Positions 50,975-62,633 of a stretch of 64,000 nt of DNA are shown here, piece after piece. The notes under the pieces were generated by a model. It searched no databases. It was not told where the DNA came from and worked only from the letters and a program-made list of their open reading frames with translations. Source of the DNA: Octopus sinensis (lineage: Eukaryota). The stretch's first letter is position 1, and every line of letters starts with the position of its first letter. Made by a program: the position numbers and the translations under genes. Location of the stretch: NCBI RefSeq assembly GCF_006345805.1, contig NC_043014.1, positions 13,144,001 through 13,208,000 on the forward strand. The letters are read 5' to 3'.

Positions 50975-52678
50975 CTAGGGGACACAGAATTCACAAATGA
51001 ATGTAACTTCATCAATTTCAACCCCAGCACACTTTTCATATGCCCGTTCCCTGCACAGCTGGCATTCACTCTAATTTTCTGTCAGGGATTCTTTATAAAG
51101 TTCATCACAGGAAATAGAAATGCAATGGAACGCCTTGTCTGTTGCTTTCGATGTGCAGGCTGTTATCTTCAGCACACTTCCAGGGTTCTTGGGTTTGTGA
51201 GCATTTCTTCTTGTTGTTGGTGTTTTCATGGCTTTAGCTGAGAGAGTGTCTGTAAAGGGTGAACTGGTGAGGCACTCTGAAGTTTGAGCTTTTCTTTTTC
51301 TTGCTGGAATAAAGAAATTTGTAGCCTGAGTTCATGGAACAGACGACAAGGAAACAACAGATTTTTTTTTGTGGTGAATTATGTAGGCCTACCTCTGTGT
51401 CTTCTTGACATTTGCATCCATCTGCACCTTTGACAGATGGATCATAAGACTGGGAGGGTGCAGGATCCACTTGTGGCTGTTCCTGTGATGGTGCTGAACT
51501 TTCCTTAGGATCAACAATTTCAGTGACTTCTTCCAAAATGAAATCAACATAACCAAACAGTGTATGCATAGATCCTGGTGCAATGAAATCCATTGCAGAC
51601 ATTCTGAACTACTGCAGTTCGTATGAAGGCCTGCCCCGAAAAGGCAGTAACTTTGAAGTCATTTACCCACTGACCCGGGTGATTGATGATCCACTTGTCA
51701 ACTTCTTGGTGATAAAAGGTTTTGAGGGGCAAAAAAAGGTCCTGTCTAAGGGCTGAAGCTCATGGCTGGTATGAGGTGAAATTGATACCATGACAACACT
51801 ATTCTTGGAAACAAGTTCAATTGTATCCAAGTTATTGTGGCTGATGTGATTGTCCAAAAAGAGGAGCACTTTTCTCTCAACAGATGGATTTGTATGTTGA
51901 ATGAAATGGTGTAGCCACTTAGAAAATGTTTCCCGATCAATCCATCTATTTTTGCTTCCATAAGCAACTGAACCTTCAGGTACTCCATGAAGCAGTGGGT
52001 TGGCTATGCACTTCCTCTTGAAGATAAATGCAGGCAGTATGAAATGCCTGCTGATGCTCATTGCACACACAACTGTCACAGTTCATCCTTTTTCAGCGCT
52101 AACAATTCGTCCAACCTGCTTCGCTCCCTTCAGTGAGATGACTCTTGGAACTCTCTGCACTAAGGACAGACCTGTTTCATCCATGTTGAAAATCCAATCA
52201 GCTGTGAAATGGTGCTGCTGGTAAACTTCTTTTAGAACATCAAAAAATCTTCCAGCCTGGACCCTGTTGAATACTGCAGCATGACCAACACTCATTGACT
52301 GAGCAGTGCACAGGCTCAGTGTTGGGTGATGCTTCAAAAAATAAAGCAAACAGTCTGCTCCAGCTTCTCATTTTTTCTATATTGAATTTATCAGGTACCT
52401 TGTTGGCCTCAGAAAACTCAAAAGCCAAGGAATGCAAACATCTTGAAGTGAAACCATAAAACGTCCATTGCAGTGCTCTAGCAGTTCCTTCTCAAAATTC
52501 GTTAGTATTGGCTGAAAATTCCCAAAAGGAAGTTGGCCAGAAAGCACTTTGCCTTTCAGGTGTTTCTTCAAGGTTGTCTTGGGAACTTCATACAGCTTTG
52601 CTGCCTGGCAAAGAAAACTTCCTTGTCGGAAAGATTGCATAGCTGCCTGTGGGTTAACTGGAGTCCAAAAGCCTCTTC
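50975..52678 (-). pseudogene. pogo/Fot1-like DD35D transposase remnant with C-terminal PHD finger
   Basis: HTH_psq-like QAAKLYEVPKTTLKKHLKGK; catalytic IFNMDETG, LLFLDNH and LQPLD (35 residues between D2 and D3); C-terminal CQLCRERAYEKCAGVEIDEVTFICEFC*. Several frameshifts and stops. Confidence 0.85.
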
Positions 52679-53049
52679 CAGCTGTAGAAACTTTGCCAGA
52701 TAAGATTGGAGCCTGGTGCAGCCTTCTAACTTTCCAGCCCTCAGTCAAACCATCCAATCCATGCCAAAATGGAAAGCAGACGTTAAACGATGACGATGAT
52801 GATGATGATTATAGTGGGATAGGTTTAAGGGGTTACTGCTAGCCTGGGACCTCTTTAAAATATGGAGGGGAAAAAACCTCATTTTAAAGGTAAAACCCCA
52901 GGTGATTATCTCCCTTTGCCATTGTTCATCGATCTTCAGCTGCACCGCCATCTTACAGTCACCAAAGAACCACAAAGGTAAACAAGTGTCTCCCTTCGGC
53001 ATTGTCTATTGGTTTCTGGCTGTAGTGCTACCCTACGGATTCCAACATA

Positions 53050-53086
53050 TGTATGTATGTATGTACATATGTATGTATGTATGTAC

Positions 53087-53117
<31 letters not shown>

Positions 53118-53398
53118 TGTATGTATGTATGTATGTATGTATGTATGTATGTATGTATGTACGTACGTACGTATGTATGTATGTATGTATTTATGTATGT
53201 ATGTATGTATGTATGTATGTATGTATGTATGTATGTATGTATGTATGTATATTTATTTATTTTTTTAATCCATAAATATTTTATCTCAGGCTTATCTTTG
53301 AGTACTTTATTTCAAGTGAAGCGATGAAGCTTTTACATGTGTCACCCCCTAGAATGTGTGTATACATACATACATACATACATACAGACAGACATACA

Positions 53399-53432
<34 letters not shown>

Positions 53433-53560
53433 CATGCATACATACATACATGCATGCATACATACATATATGCATGCATACATACATATATGCATACATG
53501 CATGCATACATACATGCATACATACTTACATACATACATATACATATATATGATATTTTT
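53050..53560. repeat. (TATG)n and (TACA)n microsatellites in opposite orientation
   Basis: Visible directly. Confidence 0.95.
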
Positions 53561-53607
53561 TTTATACATATATGTATGTGTGTGCGTGTGCGCGCGTGTT
53601 TGTGTTA

Positions 53608-55327
53608 TTATTACCTACGCCCTAGTGAAGGTGGAGGTATTGTTTTCAGTCATGTTTGTTTGTTTGTCCATGGACAAGATATCTCAAGAACCACTTAATT
53701 GATTCTGATGAAACTTTCAGGTATGTTTGGCCTTGTGACTGGCACAAACTGATGAGATTTTGGAAATGATCTGGTTCGAGACAAGGGTTCTGGATTATTT
53801 GTTATATTTACTTTACATGATTACAATCTTACACTGACTTTCAAGTCTTTCTCAATTATCTCCCTTTGGGCTATTTCTAAAAATTTTATTTTCATTTCTC
53901 TGTTAGTAATTTTACTCGCATCTCTATCTTAGTAGAAACTGATGGATAAAGAAATCAAACTACTCAAACAAACAGCAGCAAAACTGTTCAGAAATTAAAT
54001 AACACTTAACCTATTTTTATAAATCTTTATATATAAAAGTCAAGTTGTGTGTCTGTCTCCTACGATTTAGATTCCTAACTACTCCCACATTTTGCGGTGC
54101 AGTATAACCAAAACTGGGTATCTTATAGTCGTGATTCATATCGAGCCCTTCAGGGTATTAGCGCACGTCTACGATGAGTCTACGATTTAAAAAAAATTTA
54201 CCATCGATTTTTCCCATTTTTAAGGCATTTTTGGCATATATAAGGGAAGTAACTCTCTAAAAATTTATAATTAAATCTCAGAACGTAAAAAGCTACAGTA
54301 CCCCCCCCTTTGTGGTTAGCCATATTGAGATGGCTATTATACTTTACATCTCTAAAAATGCTTATATAGTTATTTCCCTTACAAACCCGAGCAACGCCGG
54401 GCGATACTGCTAGTATAATATATGGTCAAGTTGTGTGTCTGTCTCCTACGATTTAGATTCCTAACTACTCCCACATTTTGCGGTGCAGTTTAACCAAAAC
54501 CGGGTATCTTATAGTCGTGATTCATATCGAGCCCTTCTGGGTATTAGCATGCGTCTACGATGAGTCTACGATTTAAAAAAAAATTTACCATCATATTTTC
54601 CCATTTTAATGCATTTTTTCGCTATAATATAAGGGAAGTAACACTCTAAAAATGTCTACGATAAGTCAACGATTTAAAAAAAAATTTACCATTATTTTTT
54701 TCCCATTTTTAATGCATTTTTTTGCTATTTTTTGGCTATATCTCTCTAAAAATGCTTATATAGTTATTTCCCTTACAAACCCGAGCAACGCTGGGCGATA
54801 CTGCTAGTATTATATATTATACATACATATTCATATTTTACAGTATATTTATATTTATACATACATATATACATCGATCTTAAACAACAGAAATAAGAAA
54901 GGAAGCCAGAATTCAAGAGAAGAGAAAACTAAAAGGTCTCATGATATTCATTTAAAAATTCCTGACTAGAACTTATTATTATTACCTCCGTCTTTGAAAC
55001 TATTTTGAATGGTGAATTTGTTAACTTTGGCTTGTATGAGATAAGGATAAACTATTTATTACTGTTACTAAATTTTCTACAGCACCCTTCACATTCCAAG
55101 ACTACCATAGGGATCGATCAGGTACTGATCAAGGATTCTCAATTATTTTCTCGTTTTTTTTTTTACTTAATTTTTGAGAGAAGTCGGGTTCATTTTTAGC
55201 ATTCTTGTTTGTGAAATCAGTCAAATTTATTTCAGATATTCTCATTTTAAAAATCCTCTCTGGCTAATGATTTGAGAGAACATTGGTATTGCCTGGGTGG
55301 AGGTTTGCACTCTCTAAGTGCTCTTGT
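53608..55327 (+). mobile_element. Possible Crypton-type non-autonomous element hosting the mini-Helitrons
   Basis: Starts ttattacctacgccc..ggaggtattgttttc..tgtttgtttgt and ends ggtggaggtttgcactctctaagtgctcttgtt. This resembles widespread ttattacctccgcc...ggcggaggtctgcgctct elements; the classification is from memory. Confidence 0.4.
54024..54807 (+). mobile_element. Two head-to-tail mini-Helitrons (54024-54413 and 54414-54807)
   Basis: A|TC start at 54024. Each unit ends cccgagcaacgc(c/t)gggcgatactgCTAG|T, the same 3' hairpin as the 38480 Helitron. Confidence 0.85.
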
Positions 55328-55329
55328 TA

Positions 55330-55382
55330 TTATTATTGTTGTTGTTGTTGTTCCTCCTCTTCCTCCTCTTCTTCTTCTTCTT

Positions 55383-55413
<31 letters not shown>

Positions 55414-55419
55414 TTATTA

Positions 55420-55470
<51 letters not shown>
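55330..55470. repeat. (GTT)/(CTT)n/(ATT)n compound microsatellite
   Basis: Visible directly. Confidence 0.95.
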
Positions 55471-56771
55471 GAGTGAGAGAGCAGTGCATGCCATCAAAGT
55501 GACACTGGGGTAAAATATACGGAGCCCAGTATACCCATCATGACTGCCCGTCTGATAAGGGAACACTAGGCACATGCATCACAATCATATGTGTGCGACA
55601 TAGTGATCTCATATCAAGATATACAGCACATGACCTTGCAGGTGGGACCCAGTTAGAATTTTCTCCTGGTTGAGTAACCCATCTCGCTCAAAAGGTCCCT
55701 GAATAAGAGTTGTTTAAGGATGTTGAATGAAACACCCATGTTTCCAGAGGTGAATTATTCAAACCACAAAGAATCCCTCTCAACACATGGCTATGATGCT
55801 CTCCTATTACTTCTGCTTGTGATCAGAGATGCACATATCGTCAGCCACTAAGGGACATCCTCAACTGGTTAAGGTCAAAGAACTGACAAGCAAATCTGTG
55901 TTATTGAGCAGAATATTTGCTGTAGCCCATCTTTTATACCAAGACAAAACAATGTACATGATAACACTTCCAATCAGTTAAGATCAGGAGCCATGAGAGC
56001 CACTGCCTGGTACTGAATTAGGGCATTTATTATTATTATTATTATTATAATTATTATTATTATTATCTTTAACAACAAAGTGTACTTAAGTTAATTTTGT
56101 ATCTGTGTGTGTATGTGCGAGAGAGAGAATGTGTGTTTGTGTGTGTGTGTTTGTTTGTTTGTGTGTGTGTACTTGTAGATTGTATATACAATTCATATAT
56201 GAACATATATGTAAGTACTAAATACTATCTCAGCAGATAAGGTACCAGATTTATTGTTTTGTTTTTATGTCTTTTTTTTGTGTGTGTGCATGTGTGAGGC
56301 AGGAGGGAATAGGGGTCTTCACGTGATATTCGTGATATTCGTGATATTCGTTGCTATTGTGTGAGCCCAGACACCATGAATACCTGTAAATTGTATCATC
56401 ATACACCACCCCCTGCCTCCTCTTTCTCTTTTTCCTCCCCCTCCTCCCCTCTTCCTCCTTTCCTTCCTCCCCATCTCCCCCTCCCCCTCCTCCTCCTCCT
56501 CATTATCATCATCATCATTATCATCATTACCTTTACCATTGTTGTACTGCAAGATTACATCGCTTTTCTTCATGGGTCTTGTTCCATTGACTTCTCTGTA
56601 ATGCTTCATGGAACATTCTAATGCAGGAACCCATTGACTTATTTTTTTTATAATGGCCTACGTTTGACTTATTTTCAATTTTTGCCCATGGTACACTTAC
56701 ACATTATATCATATCTAGCGTATAAAAATGGAGAGTACATATGACCTAATGGTTAGAGTGTTGGTTAGAGC

Positions 56772-57170
56772 AAGGCGGCGAGCTGGCAGAAACGCTAGCA
56801 CGCCGGGCAAAATGCTTTGCGGTATTTCGTCTGTGGTTACGTTCTGAGTTCAAATTCCGCCAAGGTTGACTTTGCCTTTCTTCCTTTCGGGGTTAATTAA
56901 ATAAGTACCAGTTATGTACTGGGGGCGATATAATCCACTTGATCTGTTTTTCTGTCCTTGTTTGCCCCTTCTGTGTTTAGCCCCTTGTGGGTAGTAATGA
57001 AATAGGTATTTCATCTGTGGTTACGTTCTGAGTTCAAATTCTGCCAAGGTTGACTTTGCTGTAATAAGTACCAGTTACGCACTGGGGGCGATATAATCGA
57101 CTTGATCCCTTTGTCTGTCCTTGTTTGTCCTCTCTGTGTTTAGCCCCTTGTGAGTAGTAAAGAAATAGGT
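56772..57170 (+). mobile_element. Dimeric SINE family A
   Basis: Junction gaaatagg|tatttcatctg; the second monomer has an internal deletion. Confidence 0.85.
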
Positions 57171-58016
57171 TAGAGAGTTGCACTCAGGATTGCAAGACTG
57201 TGGTTTCAATTCTTGGACCAGGTGGGGTCGTATTTTTGAGCAAAGCACTTCATCTCATGCTGCTCGGCAACCACTTTGACATCTGATGTGTGGCATGCTG
57301 TGCACCTGTACAAGCAATGTCAATTTGACGGAGAGAAAGAGAGAGAGGGTGAGCTCATGTACAGCACAACCATCAATATTTATAAACAAATCATTTGCAC
57401 AGGTCATTCAGCAAGTAATTGCGGAATCGTCTTTCTTGGACTGAAGAGATTATTAAAAGAAGAGAAGAAACTTATGAAAATATTCTTGTGCATTTGCTCA
57501 ATTTCATAACTGCTATTTCTAGCAAGGCAAGTGACCATGTAATGGTCTTCAATGTTTCTTTGATCTCATCACCCTATCACCACTTCTTCTTCAATAATGT
57601 TCTATTACTTAAAGGCAGTCAGCTGGCAGAATTGTTAGCACATTAGGTAAAAATGCTTGGCAGCATTTTGTCTGTCTTCATGTTCTGAGTTCAAATTCCG
57701 CCAAGGTCGACTTTGCCTTTTATTCTTTCAGGGTCGATAAAATAATTTCCAGTTGATCATTGAGATCCATGTAATCAACTGGAACTTGTTTTACCATGTG
57801 TGTGTGTGTGTGTGTCTGTGTGTCCTTGCCTTACCGCTGTGTGGTAGCTGTAAATGAATGTCATAGTCATAATAAAAACATGTCTGGCCATGGGGAAATA
57901 TTACCTAGCAAGAAAATAGGTGAGGATTGGGTACAAGAGGGGGCATCTGGCTATAGAAAATCTGTTTCAATAAGCTTGGTTGAACTTAGGTAAAAATGGG
58001 CAGTAAAATGATGATG

Positions 58017-58047
<31 letters not shown>

Positions 58048-58454
58048 TGATGATGATATAGTTATCAAGCCAACAAGGGAGTCTTTTCATCAGTAGTCTC
58101 CGAAAGAAATGTTACAACCCCCTAGGACAATGTCAGTAGTAGATAGCTATGTCCCCATTTAAAATTTAAATAACCCTTTATACTATAGGCACAAGATGTG
58201 GTACTTGGGGGAGTGGGCTTGTAGATTATACCAACCCCATATATATATATATATAAAATGAGATAGGGGTTGATTCGGTATTATCTGATAGTTGATGAAT
58301 GATTTAGATATATTTCTCCATTTTCTCATTTTGTATATATATATATATATATATATAAGTTCAGCAAAACAATTTAGATTCAAATGAATATGGTACTTAA
58401 TTTAGATGCACCAGAATTTTTTATGTTATTACCCATAAAATTATGTGGGGTGAT

Positions 58455-58590
58455 TATAACCAAAAATAAGCAACAAGAATGGATCCGGTAATTTAGTACA
58501 ATTGTTTCATACTATAATTGTTTCATACTATAGTATGAAACAATTGTACTAAATTACCAGATCCATTCTTGTTGCTTATTTTTGGGTATA
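58455..58590. repeat. Spacerless palindrome with a 16-bp tandem duplication in the left arm
   Basis: Centre TCATACTA|TAGTATGA at 58530/58531, arms about 60 bp with two mismatches, AATTGTTTCATACTAT duplicated (58500-58515 and 58516-58531). Confidence 0.9.
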
Positions 58591-58766
58591 TATATATATA
58601 TATATATATAAGAAAATGGAGGAACAAATTCATTTCGATCATCAACTTACGGATATTACAATTTCATATTATTTATTTATTATACAAATAGGAACATGAA
58701 AATTGAACAATACAATATAACTGATATCCCATAGTGGGTTACCCTCATAACCCCTATCTTACTTTG

Positions 58767-58825
<59 letters not shown>

Positions 58826-58969
58826 TGTATGTATGTATGTATGTATGTATGTATGTATGTATGTATGTATGCATAGGTGTATATGCACATATAAACACAT
58901 ATATATATGTGTGTTTGTCTACGTCTATACTTACACTCTATAATCAACTTTACTGAGTTCTCTTTACCT

Positions 58970-59002
<33 letters not shown>

Positions 59003-59229
59003 CCTGTACAACTTACCCTTTCACATATATGTGTCTGTACTTCTTTGTGTGTGTGTGTGTGTGTGTGTGTAGCTATACTGCAATTGTTCTTATTGTTGTT
59101 CAACTTCAGACATTTAACATGTAACCATAGCAGCTATTTGTTTGTTTTTTTTTTGTTTTTTTTTGTGTTTGTGTGTATTTTTATATTTTATAACTACATT
59201 GTCTTCTGTGTTTTTACCTCTTCTAAACT

Positions 59230-59470
59230 AGTAAGGTTTCACTTGAGCCAAGTTTGGCTGCTATTTCTAGCAGACCAAGAATCACATCTCATACACACGC
59301 CTCATACAGTCCACCATTCATTCATCCATAGAGAAGCTCTTTGCCATACAATTGCAATAATAACCCTCTCATCCTTTTTCCACCCTCACCTCACTCTGGC
59401 TAGCATGGTTTGGCTACAACCACCTCCATTGTTGATTAGGTTACCAAGGTAACTAAGCCCATCAACTTTT
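59230..59470 (-). pseudogene. Decayed RTE LINE fragment
   Basis: Reads KVDGLSYLGNLINNGGGCSQTMLARVR*GW...LYEACV, homologous to 63720-63900. Confidence 0.65.
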
Positions 59471-59684
59471 TCTGACAAGCTTCCTCAGCAGCTGAAAGGC
59501 TCCGTATCTTGATGAGCGATGCTGCTGATAAAAACAAACCCACCCTCATCCTACCCCCATGTGTCTGTCGCTATATAAGAAATACACTCTCCCCACGACC
59601 ACCACCACCACTGCTTCTCTCTTAAGCCTGCTTGATATCCCACTGCATATCTTATGTACTCGTTTGTATTGGTTAAGCTCATCA

Positions 59685-59878
59685 TCATCATCATCATCAC
59701 CATCGTCGTCTTCATTAACATCGTCGTCATCATTTGTCGTCATCGTCCTTTTTGTTGTCATAGTCATCATTGCCGTCATTGTCGTCATCATCACCATTGT
59801 CAACATCGTTATCACCACCATCATCACCACCACCACCAACACTACCAATACCACCACCACCACTACCACCGACACCAC

Positions 59879-59921
<43 letters not shown>

Positions 59922-60132
59922 GTTATTGTCATAATCATTGCTGCTGTAAACATCATCACCAACATCATCATTACCAGCCTCATCATCATCATCATCCTCA
60001 TCATCATTCATCATTGTTGTTCTCAAAGACTTTGTCCCCAAAGACTTTGTCCCCATCACATCATCATCATCATCATCATCGTCATCATCGTTGTCATCAT
60101 CCATCATCATCACCATTGTTGTCATCATCCAT
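59685..60132. repeat. Degenerate (TCA)/(CCA)n trinucleotide tract
   Basis: Visible directly. It is the source of the poly-H/I/M/D ORFs. Confidence 0.95.
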
Positions 60133-60287
60133 GATGTATATATATATATATATATAGAATAAAAAGATAAATATCACATTGATGATTTTTATCAGGTAGT
60201 CAGCATGCTATTGAAATTTCTAGGTAATTTATACATTAAATTGATAATAATATATATATATATAATATTATTAATTTAATGTATATA

Positions 60288-60694
60288 GGCACAGGAGTGG
60301 CTGTGTTGTAAGTAGCTTGCTTACCAACCACATGGTCCTGGGTTCAGTCCCATTGTGTGGCACTTTGGGCTAATGTCTTCTACTATAGCCTTGGGCCGAC
60401 CAAAGGCTTGTCAGTGGACTTGGTAGATGGAAACTGAAAGAAGCCTGTCGTATATGTTTTGCGTGTGTGTGTATGTGTGTGTGTGTCTGTGTGTATGTTT
60501 GTGTTTCTGTGTTTGTCCCCCCAACATCGCTTACATCGCTTGACAACCAATGCTGGTGTGTTTACGTCCCTGTAACTACTGATAGAATAAGTACTAGGCT
60601 TACAAAGAACAAGCACTGGGGTCGATTTGCTCAACTAAAGGCAGTGCTCCAGAATGGCCACAGTTAAATGACTGAAACAAGTAAAAGAATAAAA

Positions 60695-60700
<6 letters not shown>
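60288..60700 (+). mobile_element. SINE family C
   Basis: Family consensus, CpG-decayed. Confidence 0.85.
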
Positions 60701-60789
<89 letters not shown>

Positions 60790-60791
<2 letters not shown>

Positions 60792-61085
60792 GAGGTGCAA
60801 TGGCCCAGTGATTAGGACTCGTGGTTGTAGGATCGCAGTTTCAATTCCCAGACCGAGCGTTGTGAGTGTTTATTGAGCAAAAACACCTAAAGCTCCACGA
60901 GGCTCCGGCAGGGGGTGGTGGCGATCCCTGCTGTACTCTTTCACCACAACTTTTTCTCACTCTTTCTTCTGTTGGCCTGCTCACTTAGCCAGCGGGGTGG
61001 CGTCACTTGAAGGCTAAAACAATGCAAAGCGCATTGTGACCAGCGATGCGTAGCAACATCTGATAGCCTGGACGGTCACGGTGAT
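60790..61085 (+). mobile_element. SINE family B head with a third type of 3' module
   Basis: Head as at 32625, then ttcttctgttggcctgctcacttagccagc...cctggacggtcacggtgatc. Confidence 0.75.
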
Positions 61086-62109
61086 CGCAGTTATATATGT
61101 ATATATACATAATGTAATTGTATATTCTATTTCTTTTTCTATGTCTAGTTATATTTGTAATATATTATGTATAATGTCATTGCTGTTGTGTAATGGTTTA
61201 ATAAAGTATTGATTGGGTATTATCTGATGGTTGATGATTGATTTAGGTATGTTTCTCCATTTTCTCATTTTGTGTATATATATATATATATATGCATACA
61301 TGCATACATACACACACATGCACAACAGGCCTCCATGCAGTTTTCATTCACCAAGTTCACTCACAAGGCATTGGTCAACCCAGAGCTACAATAGAAGACA
61401 CTTCACACAAGCTACCACACAGTGGGACTGAACCCAGAACCATGTGGTTGAAAAGTGAGCTTCTTGACCACACAGTCATGTTTACATACAAATTATTCCA
61501 AATAATTATTTTAGAACAATGGGATGATGTTACTATCCCCCATTAACCTATTTCTAGTACCACAAATATTTTATTATAATTCAACTCAATGTTGATTTCA
61601 GCAACTGTTACTTTGATCAATTGCTTCTATTTTTGTCTATTGTTTTGTTTTTGCCACATTTATTTTTCTTCAGCCAACAGTTTCTGATCGACTGTTTTTC
61701 ATTCAATCATTTCCAATATATTGATATCAAATCATATATATATAGAGAGAGACAGAGGTTATGAGAGGTAATGGTGTCAATAAGACCCAAAGGTGTCAGG
61801 TAATGCTGAGTAAGAACTGACTAATTTTAAATACTATTTGAACTTACTCACAAGGTATTGGAATCTTAGATGTATACCATTCTGCCTAAAAAAAATGGAT
61901 CTACAGATACAATATCTCTGCATATCTCACATCTATTTTCATTCCTCCACTTTACTCGCCATTTCTCATCTAAAATAACTATTGCTTAACCATTTTCTTA
62001 CACCGTCTCCAATGAAGGGATATATAAAATATCCCGGAAACAGCTGTAAGGCCTATTTGTAAATGTTCTAAAATCTTTCACAGCCTTGAATATTTTTCTA
62101 ATTCTGAAA

Positions 62110-62157
<48 letters not shown>

Positions 62158-62174
62158 TTTTATTCTTTTATTCC

Positions 62175-62560
62175 TTTACTTGTTTCAGTTATTTGACTGT
62201 GGCCATGCCGGAGCACTGCCTTTAGTCGAGCAAATTGACCCCAGGACTTATTCTTTATAAGCCTAGTATTTATTCTATCGGTCTCTTTCGCTGAACCACA
62301 TTACGGGGATGTAAACACACCAGCATTGATTGTCACACAAACACACACACACACACACTCACATATATATACATATATGACAGGCTTCTTTCAGTTTCTG
62401 TCTACCAAATTCACTCACAAGGCTTTGGTCAACCTGAGGCTATAGTAGAAGACATTTGCCCAAAGTGCCACGCAGTGGGACTGAACCTGGAACTATGTAG
62501 TTGGTAAGCAAGCTACTTACCACACAGTCACTCCTGTGCCTATATATACATATATATATA
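62175..62560 (-). mobile_element. SINE family C
   Basis: Reverse complement of the family consensus. Confidence 0.85.
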
Positions 62561-62562
62561 TG

Positions 62563-62629
<67 letters not shown>

Positions 62630-62633
62630 CTAC

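Noticed and set aside
56490-56660. Minus-strand KKSDVILQYNNGKG resembling piggyBac KP..I..YN..KGGVD
   Set aside because: It is a single short motif running into a trinucleotide repeat, too little to call.
59546-60157. Poly-His/Ile/Met/Asp ORFs up to 191 aa
   Set aside because: They come from a degenerate (TCA)n tract with no domain or splice support.
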